Of a stretch of 64,000 nucleotides of DNA, positions 11,400 through 24,190 are shown one piece after another (positions within the stretch are counted from its first letter, which is position 1; each line of letters begins with the position of its first letter). A model generated the notes under the pieces. That model worked only from the letters and a program-made list of their open reading frames with translations, ran no database searches and was not told where the DNA came from. Location: contig MU053881.1 of the NCBI GenBank assembly GCA_013239625.1, positions 5,479,957 through 5,543,956 of the forward strand, given 5' to 3'. The stretch comes from Lama guanicoe (taxonomy: Eukaryota). The position numbers and the translations under genes are program-made.

Positions 11400-12800
11400 T
11401 TCAACCTTCAGCCAGAAGTCCCCCTCCGCCAGCTATCTGGGTACCCGCCGCGTCCCCGCCTGCGAGTCTGCCGTCACTACTTCTCTGTGCCCCGCTCCGA
11501 CACCCGCTTCTACCAGAAAGGAGAGCTGACGCTCGAGGAGTCGTCAGAAACTCGATTTCGCTCCTTTGCACTTCTCCTTTCTCACTTTCGCTCCTCCTCT
11601 CCTGCTCTCTCACCGTTTTTCCCTTTCTTCTTCCCGTCTTCCTGTCTCCCTCCTCCACGCCTGCTCTCCCAGCCTCTTCCCCGGGACCGATTCCACCCGC
11701 CTCCACCTCGTCACCTCCTTTCCTCCGGCTCAGAGCCCCCTCCTCTCTCCTCCACGCCTCCCCTCCCCTCCGCCCGCGTCCCCACCAGCAGCCAATCAGT
11801 GCGCGGCCACCCGCGGCCCCGCCCTCCCTGGCGGTTCCGGGCGGGCCCCGCGGAGCCCAGGCGGCTGGTGCGGAGGGCGGCGCCGCGGGGCGGGGGCCGA
11901 TGGGGCCTGGTGGACTGGCGGCGCCGGCGCCGGGCTGGCCTGCACGCGGGTGTGCGGGGCGGTGAGGTGGTGAGGCGGGCGTTGCGGCCCGCCCGGGATG
12001 GGCCAGCCCGGGCCCGGCGGGGCCGAGCCGAAGGCGAGGGCGGCGCGCGGGCCAGGCCTACTGGGCGGGCGGGCGGCCCGCGGACTGAGGTAGAAGTGGG
12101 AGCGGAGGAAGGGGCTGAGCCAAGGCGGTGGGTGGAGCGGCGAGGGGGGCGGAGGCTGGGCCGCGGCGGGCGAGCGGAGCGGCGCGCCTGTCCGGAGCTC
12201 GGCGGCGGGCCCGGAGGAGCGCCCGGAGGTGGCGGACGAGGCGCCAGGGGCCCCCATGGGCGGGTGTGTGGGCGCCCAGCACGACTCCTCGGGCAGCCTC
12301 AACGAGAACTCGGAGGGCACCGGAGGTAGGTGAGCGCCAGGGGGCAGCCTCGGCCCCCCATTGTTCCTGGCCAGGCCTGGCCACCTGTCCCGGCCCCTGC
12401 GAGCCCGCCGGCTGCGCGGCCGGGGCCCCCGCGCCCCTTTGTCATCCCCTCCTCCACGTCACTCCCCGCAGTCCGCTTCCGGCCGCCCCGCGGGCCGCGG
12501 GGTCGCCCCCTTTTCTCCCCGGCCCTCGAGAAAAGCCCTCCGCGCGTCCTCTCGACCCACTGCCTCGGCTTGGGAAACTCGGACCAGAAACTGCTTCTCT
12601 GGCCACCTCACTCCCTTTCCAGCCCGTTTAATTATTCAGGAACAGGATGGCGGCGCTGGGGTTGCAGAAAAGCGAATTGATGGGGGTGGGGTGGGGAGGG
12701 GAGCCTAATGCATTCCCTCCGACGGGCCCCGCCACATCTCTCCGCACCCGTCCTCGTTCGGCAGAGTTGGCTGGTCTCAGCTTTCCTGAGTTTCAGATGA
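11400..12800. promoter_or_regulatory. CpG island and UBTD2 promoter
   Basis: Very high GC and CpG density. NF-Y-type AGCCAATCAG (CCAAT at 11792-11796), GC box GGCCCCGCCC at 11815-11824, no TATA box seen. Confidence 0.9.
12256..12325 (+). CDS. UBTD2: UBTD2 (ubiquitin domain-containing protein 2, DC-UbP) coding exon 1
   Basis: ATG at 12256 gives [23 protein letters not shown] plus 1 nt, matching the UBTD2 N-terminus as I recall it. Donor GAG|gtaggt at 12325/12326. Lies in a CpG island. Confidence 0.96.
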
Positions 12801-15504
12801 CAGCTGCCCTGGTTGGTTCCAATTTGGCCATTTAAACCTGCAAGTTTCTGGAGCTCGGCTGGGGAAGTCTCAAGTGGCCACAGGCATCATTTTAACGAGG
12901 GGTGGGGAAATGGTCTGCCCGAGTAAAACGTGGCTTCTTGCTGCAGCATGGGAATGTTGGGCCAGTGTGCTGTTGGAGTGGGCTAATCAAATTCCTATCC
13001 GTCTTGTGTAAAGGAAAGTATGTGAGTTAAAAGTACAAATACCTAAGAGTCCGACTTAGCCCAGTAGGATCGGTACTGTAAAAGTTTTTGTAACCCGGAA
13101 CGCACTTCTGCTTGGTTGTAAATAGCAGTTTGCTGAGGAGAGGTATTTTAATTAAATCGTAGTATGGCAGAATAATACAGTTTTACTTTTTCTTAAATAA
13201 CCTCTTGCTGAGTCCATTCCTATAGTTTGTGAAGAGGACAGAATGTTTTAGTTAAAGAAGAAACAGCTTTTAGGAACAGCAAAGATGACAGTGTTGGTTT
13301 TGTTCCAACTTTATGTTAGATGTCTCAAAATGTGGGACATATTTATAAGTTCCTAAACTAAATCGTTTGAGGGGGGTGGGTTTATAACTTTTTCTTAATA
13401 TGCTAACATTTAGACCAATTGCTTGCCTGGTACTTAAGCGCCATCTATAAACCATGTACACCTATGATGAATTTCCTAAATTGCAAGATGTTTAGCCATG
13501 CCACTTCATTAAAATCTTTGGGCATCCTGTGACTAAATCCTGGACAGGTAGTTTGAGAGCCCAGCGAAGTGTGACTTGAAAAAAATCGTCCGTGAAAACG
13601 ATATTTTATAGTGCATTTCAAGTCATAGCATAATTACTTGGTGGTAGATTAACAATGAGATTCTCAGTGAAAACGAAGCAGGAAGATAAAAAGGGCATAA
13701 TTTGAAACAACCTTGGGTTAAAATCGTATTAGGGGTCAAAATGATTCTTCCTGCAAATGAGGTGATTATTAATGGTATGGAACTATAGGTAGTGTTACTT
13801 TTTAGTAAGTATAGGTAGTGTGCTTGTTATAAACAGTGTTTAGTTTTAATTAAATTTTTTCACACTCATTTTAATATTCTGATAACCATTTTTCTCTTGT
13901 TAATAATGCACTTGAGCCAATTTATTTAAGCCTTTTTGTAGTATGACTTAGGACCAATCAGGCATTATTAACATGGGCTTTTAAAAGCAAGAAGTATTCG
14001 CTTTTGGTAATTTATTACCAATGATATCTAGTTAACTAGCTATAGTATCAATTTCTTTGAGAACTGAGTTCTCTGGACCTTAAGCTGTGCTATACCTTTT
14101 CAAAATAAAGTTTAGAAAAAAGGAATATCAATCACCAAACCTCTTTATTTTTTTCTGGAGAGAAGGCATGGCCCTGATGTAACTGGGGTGAAGCAATGAG
14201 CTGTGTGGAATAAAAGGATTATTTCTGGAATTTAATTATGGAAGTCTTTATTCTTTATTTATTGTTGTCATGATATTTAAAGAGTTAATTGTGGTTTAAA
14301 GGAATTAGCTCAGGTGAGTGTTTCAGGTTAACATGTTAAATAGTTTCTTGCTATTATAGTAGATTTTTGTTTGGAAGGGAAAGACTTTTTCCTAAGGGTG
14401 TTGGCACAGATCCTTCACTTTTCAGAGATACAATAATGGTTAGTAGTTTTAATCTGGACATATTGGGTTTTGAAAATTTTTTTTAAATCAACATGGAGTA
14501 AAATACAGTCTTACCATGTTGAATTTCATGAGAGATTTAAGATTTTCACGACAGATTTAATTACATTCAAAATGTTGTGCAAACATCACTATTTTAGAAT
14601 GGCTTGACTTTCTGAATATCAGCCAGGTTTAGTAAAATGACTAAAAACTCTTGCCATTTGAAATACTCTGCTTTCCCTTTCCCTCTGAATATAAGTCTTT
14701 TTAAGTATGCAAATGTTTGTGTGTATATTGAGAAAAACTTCCTTTCTAGGTGGATGATGTCTTTGAAGGAATTTGGTAAATTTTTTTAAAAGATTATAGA
14801 ATATGGAAATGACTTAATTCACGTTGTAAGACTTGTGTTGTCTGTGTGTTGTTTTGGAATCATTTGTAGTGTCTTCTGGCATACCTTCCATCGAATTCAG
14901 TTTTTGAGTTTCAGCTACTTTGACCATTTTTTAAATGCCTAATTTTAACCAAGAAAGATATATTTTAGAAGTTATACAAGATTATTCAACAGTTCTCTCC
15001 AAAATTCCACACTTGTAGAATTTCCCATTGTTTTGACATTTTTAGACAGCATATTTTGTATGGTTCTCCATCTTATGATGACATTGTGGTTCTGAGGTTG
15101 ACACTTAGGTCCTCTAGACAAGGCTCTAGCCCATGTCATTTGCTAAGGAATTAAATCTCTGATGATTTTTAAAAATAAGAAGTATGTGGAGGAAAAAGAC
15201 AAAATGAAATTGATTGAAGACATCAATAACCTTTTCATATTTTGATCATTTCTTTAATGAAAGTGGTGATGTACGGAGTAGGCTCTCACTTTCTGGGTGT
15301 GTCATTTATTCTGTACATTCATTGGTTTCCCAAGATTACTGACCCAGGTGGTCACTGGTTTCCAGGTTTATAAGAGGATAATTCTGAATGCTGGACATTG
15401 ATTTCTTTATTTCAGAGTGTCTTGAGAATATGGAGTTCTTTAGGATATCCATTTATAGCAGCCTTAACACCTACTTGATGAGAACAGTGGTTTTTGAATA
15501 ATAA

Positions 15505-15690
15505 CAGCTACCATTTATCCAGTATTTATTATGTAACAGGTACCATGGTTATGTTCTCATTTAGTCTTCCAACAACTCTGGGCGGTGGGTAGTAATCTCT
15601 ATTTTATAGATGGAAGAAGCTGGGAGAAATTAAACAACTTACTCAACATGACATAACATAAATGGCAGAGTCAGAGCTTGAACTCGGGGT
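15505..15690. mobile_element. MIR SINE
   Basis: ctcatttagtcttccaacaactct...attttatagatggaagaagctgg. Confidence 0.7.
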
Positions 15691-15719
15691 TATAATAAAG
15701 AATGCTAGTTTCTTTCTTT

Positions 15720-16712
15720 TTTCTAGCTTTTTAAAATTTTTAATAAAATACATATAAAACTAGCCAATTTAGCTACTTTTAAGTGTACTGTTCAGTGACA
15801 TTAATTCACAGTGTGCAGCCGTCATCACTGTATTTCCAGAATTTTTCATCACTCCAGATTCTGGATCCATCAAGCAATATCTTTGCTCCCCTCTCCTTCC
15901 AACCCCTAGTAACCTCTAATATATGTTTTGTCTCTGAATTTGCCTATTCTAGATATTTATATGAGTAGATTCATATATTTGTTTTGTGGTACATTTCACT
16001 TAGCATGTCTTCCCAAGTTTATGCCGTTGTAGCAAGTATCAGTACTAAATTTATAGCTGAATAACACTGCATTGTATGTGTACCACATTTTGATTGTCCC
16101 TTCTGTTGATGGACATTTGGATTGTGTCCACTTTTTGGCTATTGTAAAAAATAATTGCTTTATGAACTTTGGTGTACAGATAGCTGTTTGTGTCCTTACT
16201 TTCAATTCTTTTGGATATATACCTAGAAATTAATAGATCATATGGTAGTTCTGTGTTTACCTTTTTGAGGAACTGCCGAACTTTCTCACAGTGGCTGTAC
16301 CGGTTTACATTCCTGCCAGCAACATACAAGGGTTCCAGTTTCTCCACATTTTCATCAACACTTGTAATTTCATGCTTTAAAACTGTAGCCTTTTTAGTGA
16401 GTGTGGAGTGAGGGTTATCTTGTGGTTTTGGTTTGCATTTTGTGATGGCTAGTGATGTCGAATATATTCTTTGAAGAAATGTCTATTTCAGTCCTTTGCC
16501 TGTTTTTTAATTCGGTTGTTTGGGTTTTTGTTGTTCTTGAACTGTAGGAGTTCTTTTATAATTCCATGTATTAAACCCTTATCAAGATACATGATTTGAA
16601 GATATTTTCTCCCATTCTGTAGGTTTTTTCACTCTTGATGGTGTCTTTTGATTCACAGAAGTTTAAGGCAGTCCAGTATATCTGTTTTTCCTTTGGTTGC
16701 CTGTGCTTATAG
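15720..16712 (-). mobile_element. L1 3' end (L1M-type)
   Basis: Minus-strand ORFs resemble the ORF2 C-terminus ([43 protein letters not shown]). Confidence 0.85.
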
Positions 16713-17199
16713 TTTCAGTTTTACTTATATATTTAATTATTCCTTCACTGATGGAGAAAGAATATGTGTATAACCAGTAATTCACAAATCTTGTAACTAA
16801 CATTTGCTTTCTTAACTATGAATAGAAAGCTGTTTTAAGCTTATTTCCTCTGTCAGATCTGGTGAAAAGGCTGATTAGCAGTGAAATGGTTTTTAAAAAG
16901 TTGACAAAGGTAGTCCATAAACTCACTTAAACTTCTTAATCAAGAGATGATTGTTGTATTTTCTGGGAAAGCATTTTACAATCAACAAGCATTGAGTACT
17001 TACAATATGCCCAATGTTGTATTGGTTGCTGTTGTTCCCAAAAAAGGAATCATGATCCTGTTTCTTGATTATGTCGGAATCCTTTTTTAGGAAAGCATAA
17101 TAAAATCTGCACACACGAAGCAACTGTAAAACACTATTTAAACAGATGAAAATACCGTTGAATAAACTGTGCAGGTGCTGAGGGAATAAAGGAAAACAA

Positions 17200-17368
17200 A
17201 GTGATCTCAGCTGTTCAAAGGTGTGGTCCCTCAACCAGCAGCATTGCATCATGTGGGAGCATGTTGGAAATACAGAATCTCAGGCCCTAGCGCTGACCTA
17301 CTGAACCAGAGTCTGCATTTTAACAAGGTTCTCAAATGATTGCGCGCTGAAGTTTGAGAAGCGTTGGT
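17200..17368. mobile_element. MER5A-type hAT DNA transposon
   Basis: gtgtggtccctcaaccagcagcatt...gaaatacagaatctcaggccc...gacctactgaaccagagtctgcattttaacaag...aagtttgagaa. Confidence 0.85.
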
Positions 17369-20300
17369 ATAGGATTGCTTACAGTGGGAAGAGACTGGAG
17401 TTAGGAGCCAATTAGGAATAGAAATGGCAAGAGTTGGTGACTTACTTGATGTAGACATATAGAAGAGAAAAGAAAAGAATCCCATGTTCACCTGGGTGAC
17501 CAAGAATATTGAGGTGGCTTGGCCGGTTTGAGGGAATAAGAAGGAGCTATCTGGGGAAAGCAACCTTCAGTGAAATACAACCATCCAGCATTGGTTGACA
17601 GAATAATCTTTAATGTAAGACATCATTTAGGATGGTGCAGAAGTTTAGGCATGCAGCTCCTAAATGTTCAGGAATTTGAGTATGGGTTTTGGAGTCAGCT
17701 GGAGGAGACTGACTGAAGGTATAAAAGTGAATGACTGTTATAAGTAAGTGAAAAGAGGAGGAAAATACTAAGAACTGAGTCATGAAAATTTCACAAAAGA
17801 TAGAGAAATAAGAAACCACCTCTCAGGACCTGACCATAGTAGGTGGTTGATCTACTGAGTTTTGTTGAATTTTAGGAAACAGGAAAACAGGTCTGCCTGT
17901 GAAACTGATAGATCTGATTGTATTTAAATTTTTCATTCTAGTGGGATGTTTACAGAAATTCTACTTGTAGTTTGTTACTCATATCCTAATACAAGATAGA
18001 CTTCCTGGACATCCAGCCCCACAATATACCAACAGTCCCTTTGAGGTTGGTATACTTGAGAGCAAACATATCTCCCACAAGACATCAGTTATTTTTTTCA
18101 CTAAGAATATCACGCATATCTATTCCTTATGTATTTTCAGTGTCCCATATGTTACTTATATACAGCATCTAACTAGATTTTTTTATTGAATTTTCTTTCG
18201 CTTCTACTCTTAGAGTTGTGCCTTTAATAAAAAGTGAGGCAAAATTGAGCATGACTAGGGCTAAAGATTAAGTCTCCTTTTACTCTTAAAGTGACAGTGG
18301 AAGTAAAAATCTTCCATATTTTCTGGGTTGGTGAGCTCTGGGGCTTTATGAGAGGGATGCATGAAGTTTCATACCAACTGGGGAGAGACATACTGTGAAA
18401 TAGACATTTACTGGATGTAGAGCAGAGGGTGGCTGATTTTACTGGGAGTGGTGGTGTGTGGAAAGAACTAAAAGGAAAATAGCAAGAAAATGGAGGTCGG
18501 AAATACGGTGGTACTCTGGGTGGGTCGATCCAGTAGGTATGAAAACTGAAGTCAGGCCAGAGAAGCTACAGTTGGAAAATACTGGGATATGCGGAAAGCT
18601 GAATCCTCTTTGAGAACAGGTTTAAGCATTCCAGTTCGCATTAAAAACTGATGTGGTATGTTGTAGCCGCTGCCTCATCACCTACCTTCCGTTGGGCTGG
18701 TCCCACTCATTTTCAGTCTAATACCAAATAAAGGGTTGACATTTTTCCCAGTCAAGGTTATCTTGGAATTTATGTTGGAAAGAAGATTCTTATTATGGAT
18801 ATTAATGTGAGCTTTTTTCATCTCTGATTTTATATTTAGGAATCAGTTGCTAATGTTACATAGTATGGATAGAAGATTTAAGCCATTAGAAATGATAGTA
18901 ATCTTCATTCCTTTGATTTTTGATAGCCCTAATCTATAACACGTCTTTCTTATGGAGCAGTCAGTGCGTTTTATTTTCAAATCTGCTTTTCTTACTATAA
19001 ATGCAAAGCTTTGGCAACACCTTGCTTGTATTGTACTACTATACCCAGGCAAGTCTTCTAATGAGAATGGTTATTGAGTTTTAATAACTAGTGAAAAGGA
19101 ACTTTTGCCTTTTTGTTGATGAATTAGTTATCACTCCTGTGGCTTTTGACCAAAACACATTCTTCCCTTGTTGCAAGAAAGCATTTGGTTGATTTTGGTA
19201 AGCAACATGATCATATTAATCGGACATGATGATCAATTTGCTGATTTAGTGATTCTCTCATTTTTCCTTACTGCAGACCACCTGAATGGTTTATCTTCAT
19301 TTGGTGGACCACTGCACCTGATTGTTCCCGCCGCCCCTCACCATCCCTACCCAGCTTTCTGCTTCTGCTTATTGGGCAGTACTAGGCTACCAGCAGGCGC
19401 CTCATTATTCACTGGTAGTTCAGGACCATAGGTTGAGACTTTACTAACGCGTATGTACTTAAAGATGCATGTGTGTTGGCCAAGAACAATCAAGCATGTG
19501 TTCATCTTGCATCAGCTACTTTGACTTTCAGGCAGTAAGAATCAAGTTTGGTTTTGAATATATTCCACATATTGAGCTGAGAGGTTAAAGACTGCTGAGT
19601 ATACACTGAGTATTGTAATGTCATATTTTTGCATGTTTGCAATACAACTTTTAGGAGTTTCCATTATAGGTCTGTTTTTAGAAATGAAATTTCTGTTGAA
19701 GGTAGATGTCTAAGAAAAAGAAATATTTACATACGAGTAATTTTATATGCATTTTACTTGTGTTTGGCATCTTAATGGTATACATTTGCTCAAGACTTAA
19801 TAAGCAATGAATTAGTGACTTTTGGGCTTTCTAATTAATTTCTTATCCTCACAAGAAACCCTTCAGGTATTTTTTTGCATTTATTGTTGTTGGCTTGTAG
19901 GTAAAAACAAAGTCAGATTGCTTCTTTGCGTTTGTTCAGATACGGGCTATGTGACAAGATCGTCAAAGGGGCAGAGTAGCAAATAATACCAGTCATTTAA
20001 GTTATAAATTTGCATCATGATAAACCATCACTTTGAACTCAGGGCAAGCACTTTATTTCTTAGATGAGTTAAGATGGGTCTTCCTGAAACTTTTATAAAT
20101 AGGCAGCTTCTGTTATTTCTAACTGCCAGCACTTGAAGTTCACTGTAATGGAGATGTAAATAAGGCTTGCTCTGTGATTGTCAGGTAGCCTATAGTCTAA
20201 TGAAGGAATCATACATTTAAATAATTAGGAAAAATTTTTAAGTCTCTACAGCAATGACAAAAGTATTATGGGAGTTCAAGGAATAGCAGTGTCAGCTTCA

Positions 20301-20969
20301 CTGAAGAATGAGGTGGTACAAGAAGTTGGTCTTGAAAGAGGAGCAGACGAAGACAAGGCAGAAGGGCACTCTGTGCAGAGGAAATTACTTGTCTAGAAAC
20401 ATGGAGAAACATGGTATTTGGGGGAGCTGGCAAGAAACTTGTGGATGGGATAGATGAAATGTGAAGTTATTAAGGTGTGTTGTCAGATTTTGGAAGGCAT
20501 AATTGCCATAATCAATAGACCAAGTTGTATTATAGTTTATGCTAGGTAAGTAGTTTAAAATTTTTTTTTTGTTTTTCTGTGTGCATCTAACAAACTAATT
20601 CCCATTTGATGTTGCTTTCTGAGGTTATTTGATAAAAATTTCTGATGTACTAGGTTGTTACAGTCCTTGACAGATTTTTATTCTTTTGTAGTTTTAATGG
20701 GATTACTACATATTAAGCATAAAAAATACGTTAAACGTTTTTACATACACGTGTATGTGTTTGTCCTGGATCAGTCATCTCTTGGGTTCTGATTTTCTGG
20801 CATGTGTTAAGAGTTGGGCTAAGGTTCTGCAGAACTGCTTGAATTTTAATCTCTGTTGAGAAAAGGCCAGCATTACCTGTGGTACTTTGGGCTCAGTTTC
20901 ATCTGAAGGAAAAAAATTGTTGAAAAACAGAATGAATTACATCATATTTATCAAGATTATATCAAATTC

Positions 20970-21970
20970 TTTTTAAAACATTTTGATGACAATTTTCAAA
21001 CATATTGAAAAATTGAAAGACTCTAGTACAAACACTTAAACACCCTCACTTAGAGTAAACAAATATGTGTGTGTGTATTTATAGATATAGATACATTTGC
21101 TATCTGTTTGAAAGTGATACAGACAGTAAAAATAAAGCTGTTCTGCATAACAACAATACCATTATCACTCCTGAGATTAACCATTGTTCCCTGAGATCTA
21201 GTCCATAATTAGAATCTCTCAACTGTCCTCAAAATGTCTTTTATAACTTTTTTTCAAAATAGGATCTAATCTGCATTAGACATTGCATTGGTTTGTCTCA
21301 TTAATCTTTTTAAATCTAGAACGTTCCCCCCTCCTTTCTTCTCTAGGACACTGACTTTTTAAAAAGTCTTATATAATGTACCACCATCTGGTTTTGTCTG
21401 ATTGTTTCCCTGTGGTGTAGTTTTGTGTATATTCTTACAGCCTCTGTATTTTGTTTAGACTGGAAACTAGGTAGCTCTAATTCTAACAGAAAACATATAA
21501 TTCTTTATATGTTTTCATAGGCTATAGTAAATCCAAAATCCAAACTTTTCCTAGTTCTTTTCTACTAACTTCCAACACTGGGATAATCTTTTATTACTGA
21601 AAGTATGAGACTTTTTTTTTCATTTTTCCACCTGGAAATAATCCTGCCATCCTCTGAACGTCATAGTACTGTTCTTTAGTGCTTACTCTCCTTCTCTTTT
21701 TCCCCGAACTTTTTTAAGGAATAATTGACAGATATAATTGTATGTATTTAAGGTGTACAGTGTCATGATTTGATATACATTGTGAAACTCTTACCAAGAT
21801 CACAGTAAGTAACACATTCTTGGTTGTGAGAATCCTTAAGATCGACTCTCAGCAACTTTCAAATATGTGGTATTGTTTATTGACAGTCACCATACTAAAC
21901 ATTAGATCCTCATAACTTAACACTTCTTAAAACTTAAAGTTTGTAGGCCTTTGATCCATACTGCCTTCTC
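20970..21970 (-). mobile_element. L1 3' fragments (about 20970-21470 and 21710-21970)
   Basis: L1 3'UTR motifs tatttaaggtgtacagtgtcatgatttgatatac and aaagtttgta. Confidence 0.65.
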
Positions 21971-23949
21971 CCATTTTTACAAAAATCTCCTATCATTGGT
22001 TATTTTGTACATTACTTATATTCTCAGATGTAAGCTACATTATATCTGGGACAGAGGCTTCATTTCTCTATGATACTTAGGCTCAGTTAACGATTGTGTG
22101 AAACACATCTCTGACTTTATAATGGTCATAGGGAGAAAGTAATATTTTCCCAATAGAAACCTTACTTAATTCTAGAACAAGAACTTTGTTAAGTAGTACC
22201 ATATAATGTAATGAAAAGATCTGAGAGTCAGAATTCTTGAGTTCTGATTCCACCTCTGTTCTTTGTATTTATGACCTTAAATAAGTCACTTGACTTCCTG
22301 GCTTCTTAGGTTTTTTTCTCATCTATAAAATGAGCATGTTAGATGAGGTCAGTCGACTCCAACTTTTTAAACAGTTGCATCTTCTTACATTGAACACTAA
22401 CATGTCAGTCTCAGTATTTGATTTCTTTTTATTTTGATTGTATAGAGTCACTGCAAAATTAAAAAAAATAATTTAGAGTCTTATAAAGTTCTGTAGGAGT
22501 TTTTTTTAGAAGTTTGAATCACTAACACGTCGTCTATACTCAGAACTTAAACACTAACATTCTGTCATGCAGTGTTACGGTATATGTTATGTTTTCACTA
22601 AGCATCGTTCAGTTAATTTTTATGATGAGAGCATATACTGAGTAGATGCATCTGAGATTGCTGTGACATTTAATGAAGCCCAGACATCCATGTGCTGTAT
22701 TAGTGTGCTTACATGAGTGAACATGTATGTGCCTGTATTAATATGGCACATGCAGAGCTGTGGTTTTCCCAGTGGCATAGTTACAGGAAGTTCCTTGAGT
22801 TTCATACATGCCGTAGAGATGGCAAGAGAAGCATCATTTCCATGACTCCAACATCAGTTTGACGCAGCAGCATAAGCTAACATGTTTGATGATGGTCTTT
22901 ATGTTTGAAATTTAACATTTGATGTGTGGTACTTTTTATTATGGTTTTTAAAAATAGCAAAAATACATTTTACAAAATAGTTTAAATTATGTCTGTGGAA
23001 TTCTGAACGGGTGTTTTGTTCTCTTGAGTTCTTTGGAACCAATTTAAAAAGTAATGTGACTAGATCATAGGAAGAGTTTTTACCTAACATAATTTCAATC
23101 AGTTTTCTCTACTCTAAGGATAGGTGTACTATGTTGAGCATTGTATTAGATATTTGGAGTTTCATAGAATTACTGAAAGTTCTTTACTATATTAAGAAAT
23201 TAACACAATTCAGAGAAATGAAATGCTATCCAAATTAATTTTGATACTAACTTTGAGAGGAAACAAAGATAAAACATTAAAAATAGTGAAGGGATCAAGG
23301 AGGTGGTAACTTGTAGCTATACCACTAAGTGTCATCCGGTTATAGGTCTGCAGGTTTGTTCACTCGCTTCCCCTAATTGATTTGCCTTCACCGGAATTAA
23401 AAGGGTGAGGAACAACCCCTTGGGTGGTCTTTCTCTTCCAGAGCAACTTTTTGCTTAGAATGTGCTCTGTAAGTTGAATGTGTTTCATTAACAGGTGAAC
23501 TTCAACTCTCAGTTCATTTGAAGCTGGAAGTACACACTGACGCTGTTAGGCCTTTGCTTCTGTCTACCTGTGACATGGCTTCACTTTTTTCTCTTAGACA
23601 TAAAATATTCCAACTCTTTGCCTACAATTGGGGCAAACTTGTATTATGTTTAACGTTTAGAATTTCAGACAGAAAGGGCTTCATGAAAAAGGGATTGTTG
23701 GATGAGATTTTGTTTGAAAGATTTGACTGTGTCTTACGAAGGAGGAACCAGAATCAGATGAGATGCTGAAAAGGACCTGGTCAGTGAGGTCTGGTGTCTG
23801 CCATGTCTAATTCTTGCTTATGAAGCGTGTACTAGGCTGAGATGAAACGTAGAAGGGACGTCAGTGGGAGATCTTTGCATCTAGTAAATAAAGCTTAGCT
23901 TCAGCCCATTTCAGAGCCTTTGCCTTAATGTAAGTAAATACTTGCTGTG

Positions 23950-24190
23950 TGGTGCTTTTTATTACATTTCTTAATAGCACGATCTCCCCAATGTTTTATT
24001 TTTTTAAGTTGCTTTTGGGAATTGTTTATTTGTTTATTTCCTGTCTTCCCCCACAATATTGTGAGCCCTGTGAGGTCAGAGGCCTTGTCTGATTTCTTTA
24101 CTGTATCCCTAGTATGTAGTGTAGTTCCTGGTACATATGCATTAAAAAGTTGCTGATTGAATAAATAAGTGAAATAATGAATGAATAATT
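23950..24190 (+). mobile_element. L2 3' end
   Basis: tgtgagccctgtgaggtcagaggccttgtctg...ctgtatccctag...tgaataaataagtgaaataatgaatgaat tail. Confidence 0.8.

Noticed and set aside
11291..12835. Long ORFs (up to 280 aa) on both strands
   Set aside because: Low-complexity Pro/Gly/Arg/Ala translations caused by stop-codon scarcity in a CpG island. Only the 12256 frame joins the UBTD2 exons.
22622..22655. C/D box snoRNA-like motifs (ATGATGA...CTGA)
   Set aside because: The span is only about 34 nt and there is no terminal stem. Chance occurrence is likely.
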